A DNA stretch of 64,000 nucleotides. It comes from an uncultured Gammaproteobacteria bacterium (GTDB lineage Bacteria > Patescibacteriota > Microgenomatia > UBA8517). Where the stretch lies: the NCBI GenBank assembly GCA_964599625.1, contig CAZRGC010000002.1, positions 71,883 through 135,882 on the forward strand, in the 5' to 3' direction. The notes beneath the pieces are model-generated. The model did not search any database. It was not told where the DNA came from and saw only the letters and a list, made by a program, of their open reading frames with translations. Of the stretch, positions 55,801-63,194 are shown in pieces. Position 1 is the stretch's first letter, and every line of letters starts with the position of its first letter. The translations under genes and the position numbers were made by a program.

Positions 55801-58254
55801 GATTTTGAAATAATCGACAACGCAGCTTCGGCTTTTACAATTACCCAAGGTTCAAATGAATATTTTGGAATAACTACAAGTAACGGTGCTCCAGTTGTAA
55901 ATCTAAACACACCTGAAGCAACGGGTACTATCAACATTGGTTCAACGAACTTCGCAAGAACCATAAACTTGGGGACTGGCACAGGTGCAGACGCAATCAA
56001 TATCGGCACAGGAGCAACAACCGCAGACACTCTGACATTCGGAAACACAGGTGTTGCAACAACATTCACATTTAACTCTGGTGCAACAACACAAACACCA
56101 GTCACATTTAATCTGGATGCTTTGACACAGGGAACGGGAATTGACCTTTCTCTGGATGGACTTACAACTGGAACCGGTTTGAAAATTGACGACAATACGG
56201 GAGCAGGGCTCACATCAGGGACTTTGGTATATGTAAATTCAGTGTCGACAGCCTTGACTTCTCCCACAAACGGTGGATCTTTGGCCTATTTTAATTGGAA
56301 TCCTGCAAGCACAACAAGCGCAACAGGTGACTTGTTCAGGATCAATATTGGTTCGAATGGAAGTACTTCCGGTAATTTGTTCAATATTACAGACAACGGA
56401 TCAACACTTTTTTCGGTGTCAGAAAACTTAATTACATCTGCGCTTCCGCACAGTTTTTCGGCCGTTGGCGACGTGGCGATATCTTACGACTTGGTATTCA
56501 CCAATCAAACATCATCATTGATTGACAGCTATGGTCCGTTAACGATTAGGGCTGGTGAAAGTTTTGAAAACAACAATCTTACTCTTACAACATTTGGAAC
56601 AGGTGCGATAATTGCAGACACAAAGTTTTCGTTCGATACACAGTTAACTTTGGGTGACAACACAACACCTTCTGTTACATCCGGAAACTATTATATTGAG
56701 GCCAATTCTACAAACAGACTCGTTACAAACTTTACCAATGGTACTGCGGGTCAAGTTATATTTATTGAAGTAGGCACTGCAAATTTCGACCTTGACTGTA
56801 CAAGCTCAAGTATAAACTGTGGCACAACCGACATGACCGGGCTTGCAGCAGGCGACCAAATATTTTTGATTTACGACGGCTCAACTTGGAATTTATTGGG
56901 CTGGATGGATGCATCGGCCAACAACAACGACAACACAGACGGGGTTGATATAGCAGAGTTCTTCCCAAGTTTGCAGAATCTTACTGCTGGTGAAGTTGTA
57001 AAGATTGATATAAATAATCCAGAACACGTTGTCAGGTCTGCTTCAGCTTACGAAAATATGGTGGTGGGAATCGTATCTACTCAGCCAGGTATAACTTTGG
57101 GAAGTAATAATGGCAATGCTTATGCAATAGCACTTGCCGGACGTGTTCCTGTTCAAATATCAAACCTTTCAGAAAATATTTCCCCCGGTGACTATGTAAC
57201 AACATCAACTCTTTCCGGAAAAGCTATGAAAGCAACGGGTACAGGGAGGGTGATTGGACAGGCGCTTGAAAACTGGAGCCCGTCCTCTGGGAAGTCGGAG
57301 ATAGTTGTATTTATTAATAATAGTTGGTTTGAAAACATGCCGACGATTGACCAAGGTGGCAACTTAAGTGTGGACTTGAGTGCCGAAAACATAATTGCTA
57401 CGAACATCAAGACATCAAGAATTCAGCCGTCTGAGGGGAAAACTGATATCTCGATACAAATTGGCAGCAGTTCGACTCCTTCCGGAAGACTTAAAATTGA
57501 AAATGTTTTGGGTGATACAGTTTTTGAAGTCGACGATGGGGGAGACGCAACAATATCTGGAGATCTGCATACCGTTGGGGACTTGTATGCAACTAACGTT
57601 CACTCTCAGAATATTGAAGATATCGAGGCGTTATTGGCCCAAGTTCAATCGGATCAGGCACTTTTGTTGGCGTCAAATTCCGGAATATTCAGCGCAACGA
57701 CTTCAGCGAGCCTTAATGACCTGATGACATCTGATTTATATGTGACAAACCAGGCTGCGGTTTATTCACTCTCTGTCAGTTCCAGTTTGGCAGTGGGTGG
57801 TGATTTGGTAATTCAAAGTCTTGATTCTTCGGTAAACACTTTGGTGTCTCCGCTTAAGATTCAATCACTGGCACTGGCACCGGTAGAGATAATGGGAGGA
57901 CTTATTAAGATTGATACATTGGGTAATGCAGAAATTGAAGGAAACCTTGCTGTTAAGGGTGCCCTTAGCACCTCAGGCATAATAATCACCGGAGACACTG
58001 CAGGCAAAGCAAAAGTTCCCGAAGGTGAAATTGAAGTTGTACTTCAAAACCCGAATATAAAAGAGGGGACATTGGTATTTGTGACTCCAACATCACCAAC
58101 CAGTAACGGTCTATATATCAAAAGCCAGGAGGTGGGCAGTGTTACTGTGGGCTTTGTTCTTGCAGAGGACTTTGATGTAACGTTTAATTGGTGGATTGTG
58201 GGTACGAGTGGTCAGGCTGAGGCATCGGGTTCAGGCGTCCTGGTTAATCCTTAA
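46804..58254 (+). CDS. Giant (3816 aa) membrane-anchored surface protein. It has an N-terminal MerR-type HTH, one TM helix and a T/G/N/S-rich extracellular region. It is paralogous to the 20914..38097 product.
   Basis: The N-terminus LKIAQAAQRLGVSTKTLRRWEKSGILTPRRTPGGQRVY is a MerR/excisionase-like HTH. TM is YGGIASAFAVLLFFSLF. One copy of ITFTGRVAQDSDLVPIGTTGTNDLGSGSLPWDNIY...CDASGANCPAG. The C-terminal ~330 aa are colinear with the other giant and end in FNWWIV. Confidence 0.85.
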   Translation: MSKFIKHCPMRYLKIAQAAQRLGVSTKTLRRWEKSGILTPRRTPGGQRVYLASSIETFVRPEKQTGKTKTRFVAKTYEVKNSFNYKSFAYGGIASAFAVLLFFSLFKVDLSLRLPQESSSNVLGANTQRNPVIAFVDDLVKPVFGFFANSAKRIELALFSFNVNQDISQGQTIIQTASQVGGGSEIADRSVTGVKIAIQTVLNENIARGQISVDRLVSNLVFPSTYLLDLSEIKHTTTSNTGLILPNTSSSSPSKPTSGEGYLAYDTSGNQLILYNGSNWQTISGGGGGGSGDITTVTAGDGLTGGGGSGDLTLNIVGGSGFLVSGDQIDLDVTTTGTTSTTSSNSGLEVTTAGLSLMRGCSNTQILKWNASTQVWYCAADNSGSGGSLDIEEGGSTVVTSPTAINFTASEFSVTESPSGVGLIAIDYVNSKISRYDATEVLTNKTISAGSNTITGLTNSNLSGSAGITNANLANSSVTINSSGILTGGGSVSLGGNITLAATEADTLAAVVSRGATTTTLVNLNGGIISQGAVAGKALVRIDETGDQNLLVASASGVTKFTLDRSGNVAASGTVTGSNLSGTNTGDQTITLTGDVTGSGTGSFATTIATNSVALTTDTTGNYVATGASGNGVSLTGGGSEGATLTANLGALTGDWDQTGAFDIALNNSSSELKILESGSTPTLFGIFDVGDLSSSDSTFTFSGSSGTVLTSANVASALSGWDQNSSDDLTTGNYGATLDSVYVNVAESPTSADIAGSFSGGLTLNSNTVDDSELVDALTYTGAFSVGNLTISDTNVPLTGASLTFDFNNASDRTLTIANAGAGTANLSVDGTIAASNFSGSSSGTNTGDQTITLTGDVTGSGTGSFATTIAANSVALTTDTTGNYVQSITNGTGITGGDGGAEGSTLTLAVDQAANFTLTGNNTFTPSSTNDLTINLDADSTLSEVFSSSTNSTSAVTQSITNSASSGTITVNGNDITLVGTDNAGGANTINAFKFENVTAHTNNTFNGLNFGTGYTNFLTSGTIAIVADGTITGATISGGSNTLSNIGNSSLTNSSITINSSGILTGGGSVSLGGNITLTATEADTLASVTGRGATTSTALTLSNASNSITVGTLTATGGTINGTVIGGSTPAAGTFTTLTANGDVTLGDAITDNITFTGRVAQDSDLVPIGTTGTNDLGSGSLPWDNIYANAITQNGNLVCDASGANCPAGAGYWGQTLGALYANNNTTDLLIGGNATTSAKFAFTNVLTGTPTASISGTTANVATYLTGEGNLATTNMQPLTIGGSTTGSVQLNPKGSTGLFVSGSGNVGIGTTSNTGGYVLDVIGHARSSGYFFGDNGSFVSFTAGGAYLGDSSYAAGGGIGYGSSRTQIWSGSGFPLTFGTAGTEHMRLSAAGGLSLGASYLTTDAGAGNAIITGSLGIGTSGPDAKLDSLSTAGEQLRLTYADGSTYSSFTTNSSGDLTIAPSGGDTNITGNLSSTGIVTGSNLSGTNTGDQTITLTGDVTGSGTGSFATTISANSVELSTDTTGNYVATGASGNGVALTGGGSEGATLTANLGALTGDWDQTGAFDIVLNNSSSELKILESGSTPTLFGIFDVGDLSSSDSTFTFSGSSGTVLTSANYAGTLDSVYVNVAESPAAGDVAGSFSGGLTLNSNTVDDSELVDALTYTGAFSVGNLTISDTSVPLTGSSFTFDFNNASDRTLTIANAGAGTANLSVDGTISASNFSGSSSGTNTGDQTITLTGDVTGTGTGSFATTIAANSVALTTDTTGNYVQSITNGTGITGGDGGGEGSTLTLAVDQAANFTLTGNNAFTPSSTNDLTINLDADSTLAEVFTSGTNSTSANTVSLTNSASSGTVGIKGLDFTFVGTDNAGGANTITGINFGDATAHTNNTYNGITFGTGYNNFLTSGTINIAANGTITGATISGGSNTLSDIDNSSLTNSSITINSSGILTGGGSVSLGGNITLTATEADTLAAVVSRGAATTTLVNLNGGIISQGAVTGKALVRLDETGDQNIFVASAAGAFRFAVANDGALELRNSETISNSSNGAIAFTGVGGSNNGALEIDLETNSVPTLTSSTDTSIGIDENLQFIGAQSITTSTGALTLQPASGSNLNVTLSGTGDFAVNTNQLYVDTSTGLVGIGTSSLISGAELTVKAASGNSDLVLTESGGTYSWDFFVETGGRAGWYDITNNRNPFYMEAGAANNSFYIDSSGAVGIGKADPEHKLQVESSTVGKALVVINDTDSDQNLFVASSAGSFRFSIANDGTLSLRNSETVSNSTNGSITLSDSGGQSVTFDLDATNPTLTSSTGTFEVGSTLTAGTVDINGGAIDGTTIGGSSAASGTFTTLTSTGTVDLSSDSGADTITIGQSGTTDDTVTIAGDISLTDDQWSVSAAGVGSFITGSSIGSLTFTTNNIADSGALTIRSATSNALTLDSGTTGTVNLGTGNNAKTIAIGTGNAGNTINVGTDNTVSDTITIGSALDNVAITGDDWSITSAGVLTVASCTGCGGGGGTLDSVYETGNALTTSDNRDVALVFADTTTDSNFNIDLEADNTVTITRNATASTETPSQLVLLENADADVTVTAGLSILESGGNIGTGLNIGSGMTIGINANANTIENIGNSGTDFDSSGGLTLASTLTLTNNTITCTGCVDATDLAANSVDDSELADTLSYTGTLTIASNALAVNSDSITADGATLTINAAGNVDVQDALNADSITSDAGVSIAAGQSYTGAGAVSVTSATGANALTLDSGSTGNVNLGTGNNAKTIAIGTGNAGNTINLGTNDTVSDTIAIGSALDNVSITGDQWSITDAGVLTVASCSGCGGGGSTLQAAYDASSGNTILTTTGRNIAFTLGEVASPTSFTLTNQDTAGTTAFGLTNSIASGTLTNGILIDQTGAGTLTSAIKIVETAGTITDGLVISGTLSNILNSDSIDITGAGAITGATGVGTTTLTSTGTTNIGSNSGAVTIDSTGSLTINDTVVSLANQSTDFEIIDNAASAFTITQGSNEYFGITTSNGAPVVNLNTPEATGTINIGSTNFARTINLGTGTGADAINIGTGATTADTLTFGNTGVATTFTFNSGATTQTPVTFNLDALTQGTGIDLSLDGLTTGTGLKIDDNTGAGLTSGTLVYVNSVSTALTSPTNGGSLAYFNWNPASTTSATGDLFRINIGSNGSTSGNLFNITDNGSTLFSVSENLITSALPHSFSAVGDVAISYDLVFTNQTSSLIDSYGPLTIRAGESFENNNLTLTTFGTGAIIADTKFSFDTQLTLGDNTTPSVTSGNYYIEANSTNRLVTNFTNGTAGQVIFIEVGTANFDLDCTSSSINCGTTDMTGLAAGDQIFLIYDGSTWNLLGWMDASANNNDNTDGVDIAEFFPSLQNLTAGEVVKIDINNPEHVVRSASAYENMVVGIVSTQPGITLGSNNGNAYAIALAGRVPVQISNLSENISPGDYVTTSTLSGKAMKATGTGRVIGQALENWSPSSGKSEIVVFINNSWFENMPTIDQGGNLSVDLSAENIIATNIKTSRIQPSEGKTDISIQIGSSSTPSGRLKIENVLGDTVFEVDDGGDATISGDLHTVGDLYATNVHSQNIEDIEALLAQVQSDQALLLASNSGIFSATTSASLNDLMTSDLYVTNQAAVYSLSVSSSLAVGGDLVIQSLDSSVNTLVSPLKIQSLALAPVEIMGGLIKIDTLGNAEIEGNLAVKGALSTSGIIITGDTAGKAKVPEGEIEVVLQNPNIKEGTLVFVTPTSPTSNGLYIKSQEVGSVTVGFVLAEDFDVTFNWWIVGTSGQAEASGSGVLVNP
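46831..46960 (+). other. MerR-family helix-turn-helix DNA-binding domain at the cytoplasmic N-terminus of the giant protein.
   Basis: MRYLKIAQAAQRLGVSTKTLRRWEKSGILTPRRTPGGQRVYLASSI fits the MerR HTH pattern (..a...GVs..TLR.WE..GLl.P.R...g.R.Y). About 40 aa separate it from the TM helix. Confidence 0.6.
48540..50080 (+). repeat. Intragenic duplicated block, copy 1 (about 1.5 kb).
   Basis: Copy 1 encodes GTNTGDQTITLTGDVTGSGTGSFATTIA...INSSGILTGGGSVSLGGNITLTATEADTLA. It is colinear with 51280..52760 and has identical DNA patches of 50-60 nt. Confidence 0.7.
51280..52760 (+). repeat. Intragenic duplicated block, copy 2.
   Basis: Same module order as 48540..50080. About 85-95% nt identity with fully identical patches, e.g. 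acaacaattgcagccaactctgttgcattaacaacagatacgacaggtaattatgt. Confidence 0.7.
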
Positions 58255-58255
58255 T

Positions 58256-61200
58256 ATGAATAAATTTAAATCTGTTTTTGCGAACATCCAGTTTTTAAAG
58301 AATAAAAAGGCCCGAAGATTTTTGCTTGTAATTTTAACGATTACCTTGATGTTCTCAACAGTTGTTGCCACATTTTTCAGGCCGGGAAGGGTGTCTGCTG
58401 ATACTGCATTATTGTTCAACGAGGGCTACGGTACATCCGTTAATGACTCAAACGGAAATGTCAGTGCAGGAACCATAACTGGATCGGTATGGAGAACTGA
58501 CGATCTTTGTAGAAGAGATAAGTGTTTATATTTTGACGGTTCTGGTGACAAAGTCACATTTTCAGATAATGCCGATTTGGACTTTTCTGCTACAAACACC
58601 TTTACTATCTCTGGATGGTTCCGTCACCCTGTAATATCAACCAATCCTGATTATCTTGTGACCAAACATCAATCGGGAGTGGCAGGTGGATATAAGATTT
58701 ATATGGATAGCGATGGTGACATTTCTTTTGGAATTGATGACGATGGCACTTGGGGACCGGAGGACGTGATTGGTGATGACCAAGGAAAAAATTATGATGA
58801 TAACAGGTGGCACCACTTTGCAGCGGTTAAAAATGGAACAACAGGAATATATTTATATGTAGATGGAGTTTTGATTGATGAGGACACATCCCTAGCTGCG
58901 AATGGCTCGCTTGTAAACGCTGCAAGTTTTTATGTTGGAATCGATGCAGACGGGTCAAGTAACTCGTGGGATGGTTTTATTGATGAAGTAAAGGTCGTTC
59001 GTCAGGCAAGAAGTGCGGCCCAAGTCCTGACTGATTATTTGGGATCGGGTGTGCCGGCAACCGGCAATGGTCCGGTTGCGCACTGGAAGTTTGATGAAAA
59101 TACTGGAACTGCTACTTATGACTCAACATCTAACGGAAACAATAGTACCACATGGACCGGGAACACCACCTGGGCTGCGGGCAAGTACGGGTCTGCCCTT
59201 TCATTTGACGGTACGGACGATGTTGTTCGTTTTACCGAGACCACTTCTACTGATTTAGGAGGAAGTTCCTCGTATACGCTTGCGGCATGGTTCAAGACCA
59301 CTGCCAATTTTTCCAACAATGCGGTAATTCTTTCAAAATACAATGCTACCGGTACGTTGCCGTTTGGATTGTATCTTAATCCATCGGAACAGGGAGTGTT
59401 CCAGTTTGGTGATGCAGGGAGCAATATAGTTACAATTACGGGTGCAACCGCGTTAAATGACGGTGGTTGGCATCACATTGTTGGTGTGAGGGATGTAGGT
59501 GCTGATACTGCATATTTATATATCGATGGAAAACTTATTGGGTCCTCAAATGATATTACGACAAGTTCGATGGTAAACAACAACGATATATCGATCGGTA
59601 ATGCGGGAACTAGTTATTTGGCTTATGACTTTAACGGCCAGATTGATGATGTCAGAATATACGATTATGCCCGTTCCGCCACTCAGGTGTTGGAAGACAT
59701 CAATGCCAACCTTCCGCCTGGGGTTTCTGCTTCGTTTGGATCGGATCAGTCATATCTTTCAAATGGACTTGTGGGATATTGGAAAATGGACGAAAACACA
59801 GGAACGACAACCAGTGATTCTAGTGGAAACAACAATACAAGTTCAACATTTTCCGGTGATGTGTCATGGGTAACTGGAGTGTATGGTTCAGGACTTAGTT
59901 TTGATGGAACTGGTGATAGAGTTTCTGTAGCAGATGCTGCGCCGATTGATTTTGGTTCAAATGATTCGTATACAGTTTCTGCTTGGGTTTACAAGGACAA
60001 CGATGCTGACTCAGGTGAGATCATTAGCAAGCGTATTGGGGGTTCGGGTTATCCGATGAGGTTGATAGTTGGCAGTGATGAACGCATAACTTTCAACTTT
60101 CGTGGCTCAGATATCGGTACAAGTGTGCAAAGTCCATCAGGCATATCACTTAATTCATGGCATCACATTGTCGGTGTGCGCGATTTGGCAACAGATACTG
60201 CCTACCTTTACATTGACGGTGTTTTGGTTGCAAGCGCAAATGATACAACAACCGGAAGTTTGGCTAATAACGCCGCTTTAACTTTCGGGGACTGTGATAC
60301 TGGATCGGGGTGTTCGGGCAACCCTGTTGATATTCAAATTGATGAGGTTCGTCTTTATAACCGATCCCTGGGTCCGTTAGAAGTGTTACAACTTTCAAAA
60401 TGGGCAGCACCACCTGTTGGTTGGTGGAAATTGGATGAATCAAGTAATGCAACAGCTAACGACAGTTCTGGAAACAACAATAACCTAACAAATAACGGTA
60501 CAGTACTCCGTAGTCCGGGCAAGTTTGGGTCTGCGGGTGAATTTGACAATTCAGAGTCTGACAATTTGTCCATTACAGACGGATCGCAAGTCGGACTCGA
60601 CTTTACTTCCAGTTTCACAATAGGATTTTGGCTCAATCGTTTGTCCAACGGTGCTTGTGATGATGTCATGGGTAAAAGTGATGCGTACGCTTTTTACTTT
60701 GATTGTAGTGATACGACTATTGTGGCTTATTATTACAATGGGAGTACAACACCTTCAACAGAGAGTGCGACCGGTACAGTCAACGACGGCCAGTGGGTAC
60801 ATGTGGAATTTGTTCACAACGACACTCAAGACACAGATACTATGTATATAAATGGTGTCTTGTCTGCGCAAAATACCGGTAGAACTACCAATGCTATAAA
60901 TTCCTCGGAAGATTTCATGCTTGGCGGATCAGCGTTTTTCCCTTCCCAGCTGCATGGATTCATGGACGATGTGCGAGTCTATAACTATGCACGTACTCTC
61001 CCGCAAGTGGTTGAAGACATGAACGGCGGACATCCTGCGCCAGGGAGCCCGATAGGTTCTGCTCTGGCACACTATAAATTTGATGAAGGTGCTCATAATA
61101 CATGCAGTGGAGGTGTGAATGATGCTTGTAATTCCGGAAACGGTGGTTCTACACTTGACGGGGCGGTAAGCGGCATGGCGTTACCGGCAACATCAACTTC

Positions 61201-63193
61201 TGGTTGGAGCAATAATGGCGTGTTTGGTGGGGCAATGAATTTTGATGGCACAGACGATGCCGTGACACTTCCTGTAAATAGCAGCTTTAATTTATTAACA
61301 GGTGGCACTATATCAGCCTGGTTATATCCCAGATCCAGTGGCGAGGGTTCATTTGGAAGAATAATCGACAAATCAAATGATACAAATGGTACTGGCGGGT
61401 ACACAATCGAGATGGATGGCTCAAGTACAAGGATAATGGTAGAAATTAATGATGTTCAGTGTGAAACAACTGCCGGATCAATAACACAATCTGCTTGGAA
61501 TCACTTTGTATGGGCATTTAATGGTGTTAACTGGAATTTGTATGTAAATGGCAAGCTGAATACGACGTGTGCATACACAACTCTACCGTCCAATACCAGT
61601 TTAGGTGTAACAATTGGGAACCGCCAAGGGGCAACTGATAGAACTTTTAACGGTCTTATAGACGAAGTCAAAATATATACTTCGATACTTTCTGCCGACC
61701 AGGTAATGGTTGAGTATAACCGTGGAGAAGCAATTGTCTTGGGTGCATTGTCTACAGACTCATCTGGAAATCCAAGTAATTCCACAGAGAGGTCATATTG
61801 TCCTCCCGGAGATGCTACGGCAACTTGTTCACCAGTGGGAGAATGGAAACTTGACGAAAATACCGGAACGTCTGCTTATGATATCAGTACGGTAAGCAAC
61901 ACAGGAACACTTAACGGAACTTCGTTGTGGGAGCCTGGGAAAGTTGGACAGGCGGTAAAGTTTGACGGAAGCTCTGGTTATATTTCGGTTCCTTACAGTG
62001 CCAGCCAGGATCCTACAGCAAATCTAACAGTGAGTTTTTGGTTCAAGCCTACGGTAACAATTGACTCATCTATTGCATCAAACAAAGGATTGATCTCCAA
62101 AGCCAATACAAACACAGATGCAAATAATGACTGGGTGTTTTTTTGGAATTCTGCCGACGCGGGGAGGATGCGTTTTGGGACATATGGTGACAATATTCAA
62201 ACAACCAACGCCACTTGGACCGCGGGTACTTGGTACCACATAGAAGCTGTAGTAACCAGCACAAATACAGCCAATATTTACGTAAATGGCAAGCTTGATA
62301 CCTACAACGCGGATTCAAATATAAGCACGGATCCCATTAACGGAAATCAAAATACTGTGTTAAACATTGGATTGGCAAAAGTCGCCTCTGGGGACTTGTA
62401 TTGCAGTTGCACAATTGACCACTTCAGATTATATGACTATGCAAGAAGTTTCTCCCAAGTTGCCTGGGATTATGCGTTGGGAATGCCACATGCATGGTGG
62501 CGATTTGATGAGGGTTCCGGAAGTAGCGCCAACGACGCAACGGGTAATGGCAACACAGGCACAGTTACAATTGGTGGTGGCGGCAGTCAGACCACAACCA
62601 CTCAGGCCTGGTCGAATGGAAGTGTGGGTAAATACAACGGTAGTATAAATTTGGATGGAAATGACGACTATGTAACAATAACCGAATCTGACACTGACGG
62701 GGAAATGGATTTTAATTCAGGCGATCAAATAACTGTCACTGCATGGATAAATCCTTCAAGTCTTCCCGCAGCAGATGAATACGACACTATTGTTGGTAAG
62801 AACAATAGTGGAAACGGAGATGGATACTATGCACAATACCAAGGCAATGGTGCAATGGAGTTTTGCACAATCAATACAGGGGCGTTTGACTGTATATCTT
62901 CTACCACAACGCCAGTTGTTGCGGGTTCTTGGCAGTTTTTGGTATTCACTGTTACTTTGGGCACCGATACAAGTATGAAGATGTATTACAATGGACGCCT
63001 CCAGCCAAACGGGGGCAATGGCAACAATGTAGCACCGCCATTGTCCAACGATCCGATTGTGATTGGTGCCAATAATGGCGGTACGGAGGCTGTAACTGGC
63101 AAAATAGATGACGTCAGAATATACAGGTATACCCTAAGCCAACAACAAATCCAAACAGTTATGAATCAAGGAGCTGTTAGATTTAATCAGTAG
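58256..63193 (+). CDS. Secreted/membrane-anchored protein composed of at least 7 tandem LamG (Concanavalin-A-like lectin, Laminin_G_3-type) domains.
   Basis: ATG at 58256, 2 nt after the giant gene's stop. The ORF track's 58196 start overlaps the giant gene. Signal anchor RRFLLVILTITLMFSTVVATFF. Repeated units such as FDG..D.V.F......TISGWF......HH...V......LYVDG......D.V.VY..A.S..QV. Confidence 0.8.
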   Translation: MNKFKSVFANIQFLKNKKARRFLLVILTITLMFSTVVATFFRPGRVSADTALLFNEGYGTSVNDSNGNVSAGTITGSVWRTDDLCRRDKCLYFDGSGDKVTFSDNADLDFSATNTFTISGWFRHPVISTNPDYLVTKHQSGVAGGYKIYMDSDGDISFGIDDDGTWGPEDVIGDDQGKNYDDNRWHHFAAVKNGTTGIYLYVDGVLIDEDTSLAANGSLVNAASFYVGIDADGSSNSWDGFIDEVKVVRQARSAAQVLTDYLGSGVPATGNGPVAHWKFDENTGTATYDSTSNGNNSTTWTGNTTWAAGKYGSALSFDGTDDVVRFTETTSTDLGGSSSYTLAAWFKTTANFSNNAVILSKYNATGTLPFGLYLNPSEQGVFQFGDAGSNIVTITGATALNDGGWHHIVGVRDVGADTAYLYIDGKLIGSSNDITTSSMVNNNDISIGNAGTSYLAYDFNGQIDDVRIYDYARSATQVLEDINANLPPGVSASFGSDQSYLSNGLVGYWKMDENTGTTTSDSSGNNNTSSTFSGDVSWVTGVYGSGLSFDGTGDRVSVADAAPIDFGSNDSYTVSAWVYKDNDADSGEIISKRIGGSGYPMRLIVGSDERITFNFRGSDIGTSVQSPSGISLNSWHHIVGVRDLATDTAYLYIDGVLVASANDTTTGSLANNAALTFGDCDTGSGCSGNPVDIQIDEVRLYNRSLGPLEVLQLSKWAAPPVGWWKLDESSNATANDSSGNNNNLTNNGTVLRSPGKFGSAGEFDNSESDNLSITDGSQVGLDFTSSFTIGFWLNRLSNGACDDVMGKSDAYAFYFDCSDTTIVAYYYNGSTTPSTESATGTVNDGQWVHVEFVHNDTQDTDTMYINGVLSAQNTGRTTNAINSSEDFMLGGSAFFPSQLHGFMDDVRVYNYARTLPQVVEDMNGGHPAPGSPIGSALAHYKFDEGAHNTCSGGVNDACNSGNGGSTLDGAVSGMALPATSTSGWSNNGVFGGAMNFDGTDDAVTLPVNSSFNLLTGGTISAWLYPRSSGEGSFGRIIDKSNDTNGTGGYTIEMDGSSTRIMVEINDVQCETTAGSITQSAWNHFVWAFNGVNWNLYVNGKLNTTCAYTTLPSNTSLGVTIGNRQGATDRTFNGLIDEVKIYTSILSADQVMVEYNRGEAIVLGALSTDSSGNPSNSTERSYCPPGDATATCSPVGEWKLDENTGTSAYDISTVSNTGTLNGTSLWEPGKVGQAVKFDGSSGYISVPYSASQDPTANLTVSFWFKPTVTIDSSIASNKGLISKANTNTDANNDWVFFWNSADAGRMRFGTYGDNIQTTNATWTAGTWYHIEAVVTSTNTANIYVNGKLDTYNADSNISTDPINGNQNTVLNIGLAKVASGDLYCSCTIDHFRLYDYARSFSQVAWDYALGMPHAWWRFDEGSGSSANDATGNGNTGTVTIGGGGSQTTTTQAWSNGSVGKYNGSINLDGNDDYVTITESDTDGEMDFNSGDQITVTAWINPSSLPAADEYDTIVGKNNSGNGDGYYAQYQGNGAMEFCTINTGAFDCISSTTTPVVAGSWQFLVFTVTLGTDTSMKMYYNGRLQPNGGNGNNVAPPLSNDPIVIGANNGGTEAVTGKIDDVRIYRYTLSQQQIQTVMNQGAVRFNQ

Positions 63194-63194
63194 G

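Noticed and set aside
47070-57603. Many minus-strand ORFs antisense to the 3816-aa giant gene (e.g. 49851..50375, 55791..56267).
   Set aside because: Same reasoning: antisense artefacts of a low-complexity giant ORF, with no independent start or motif support.
58196-58255. ORF-track start at 58196 for the LamG protein, overlapping the end of the giant gene.
   Set aside because: The ATG at 58256 lies 2 nt after the giant's TAA and yields a canonical signal anchor. The upstream extension (MWVRVVRLRHRVQASWLILN) is an out-of-frame overlap with no features.
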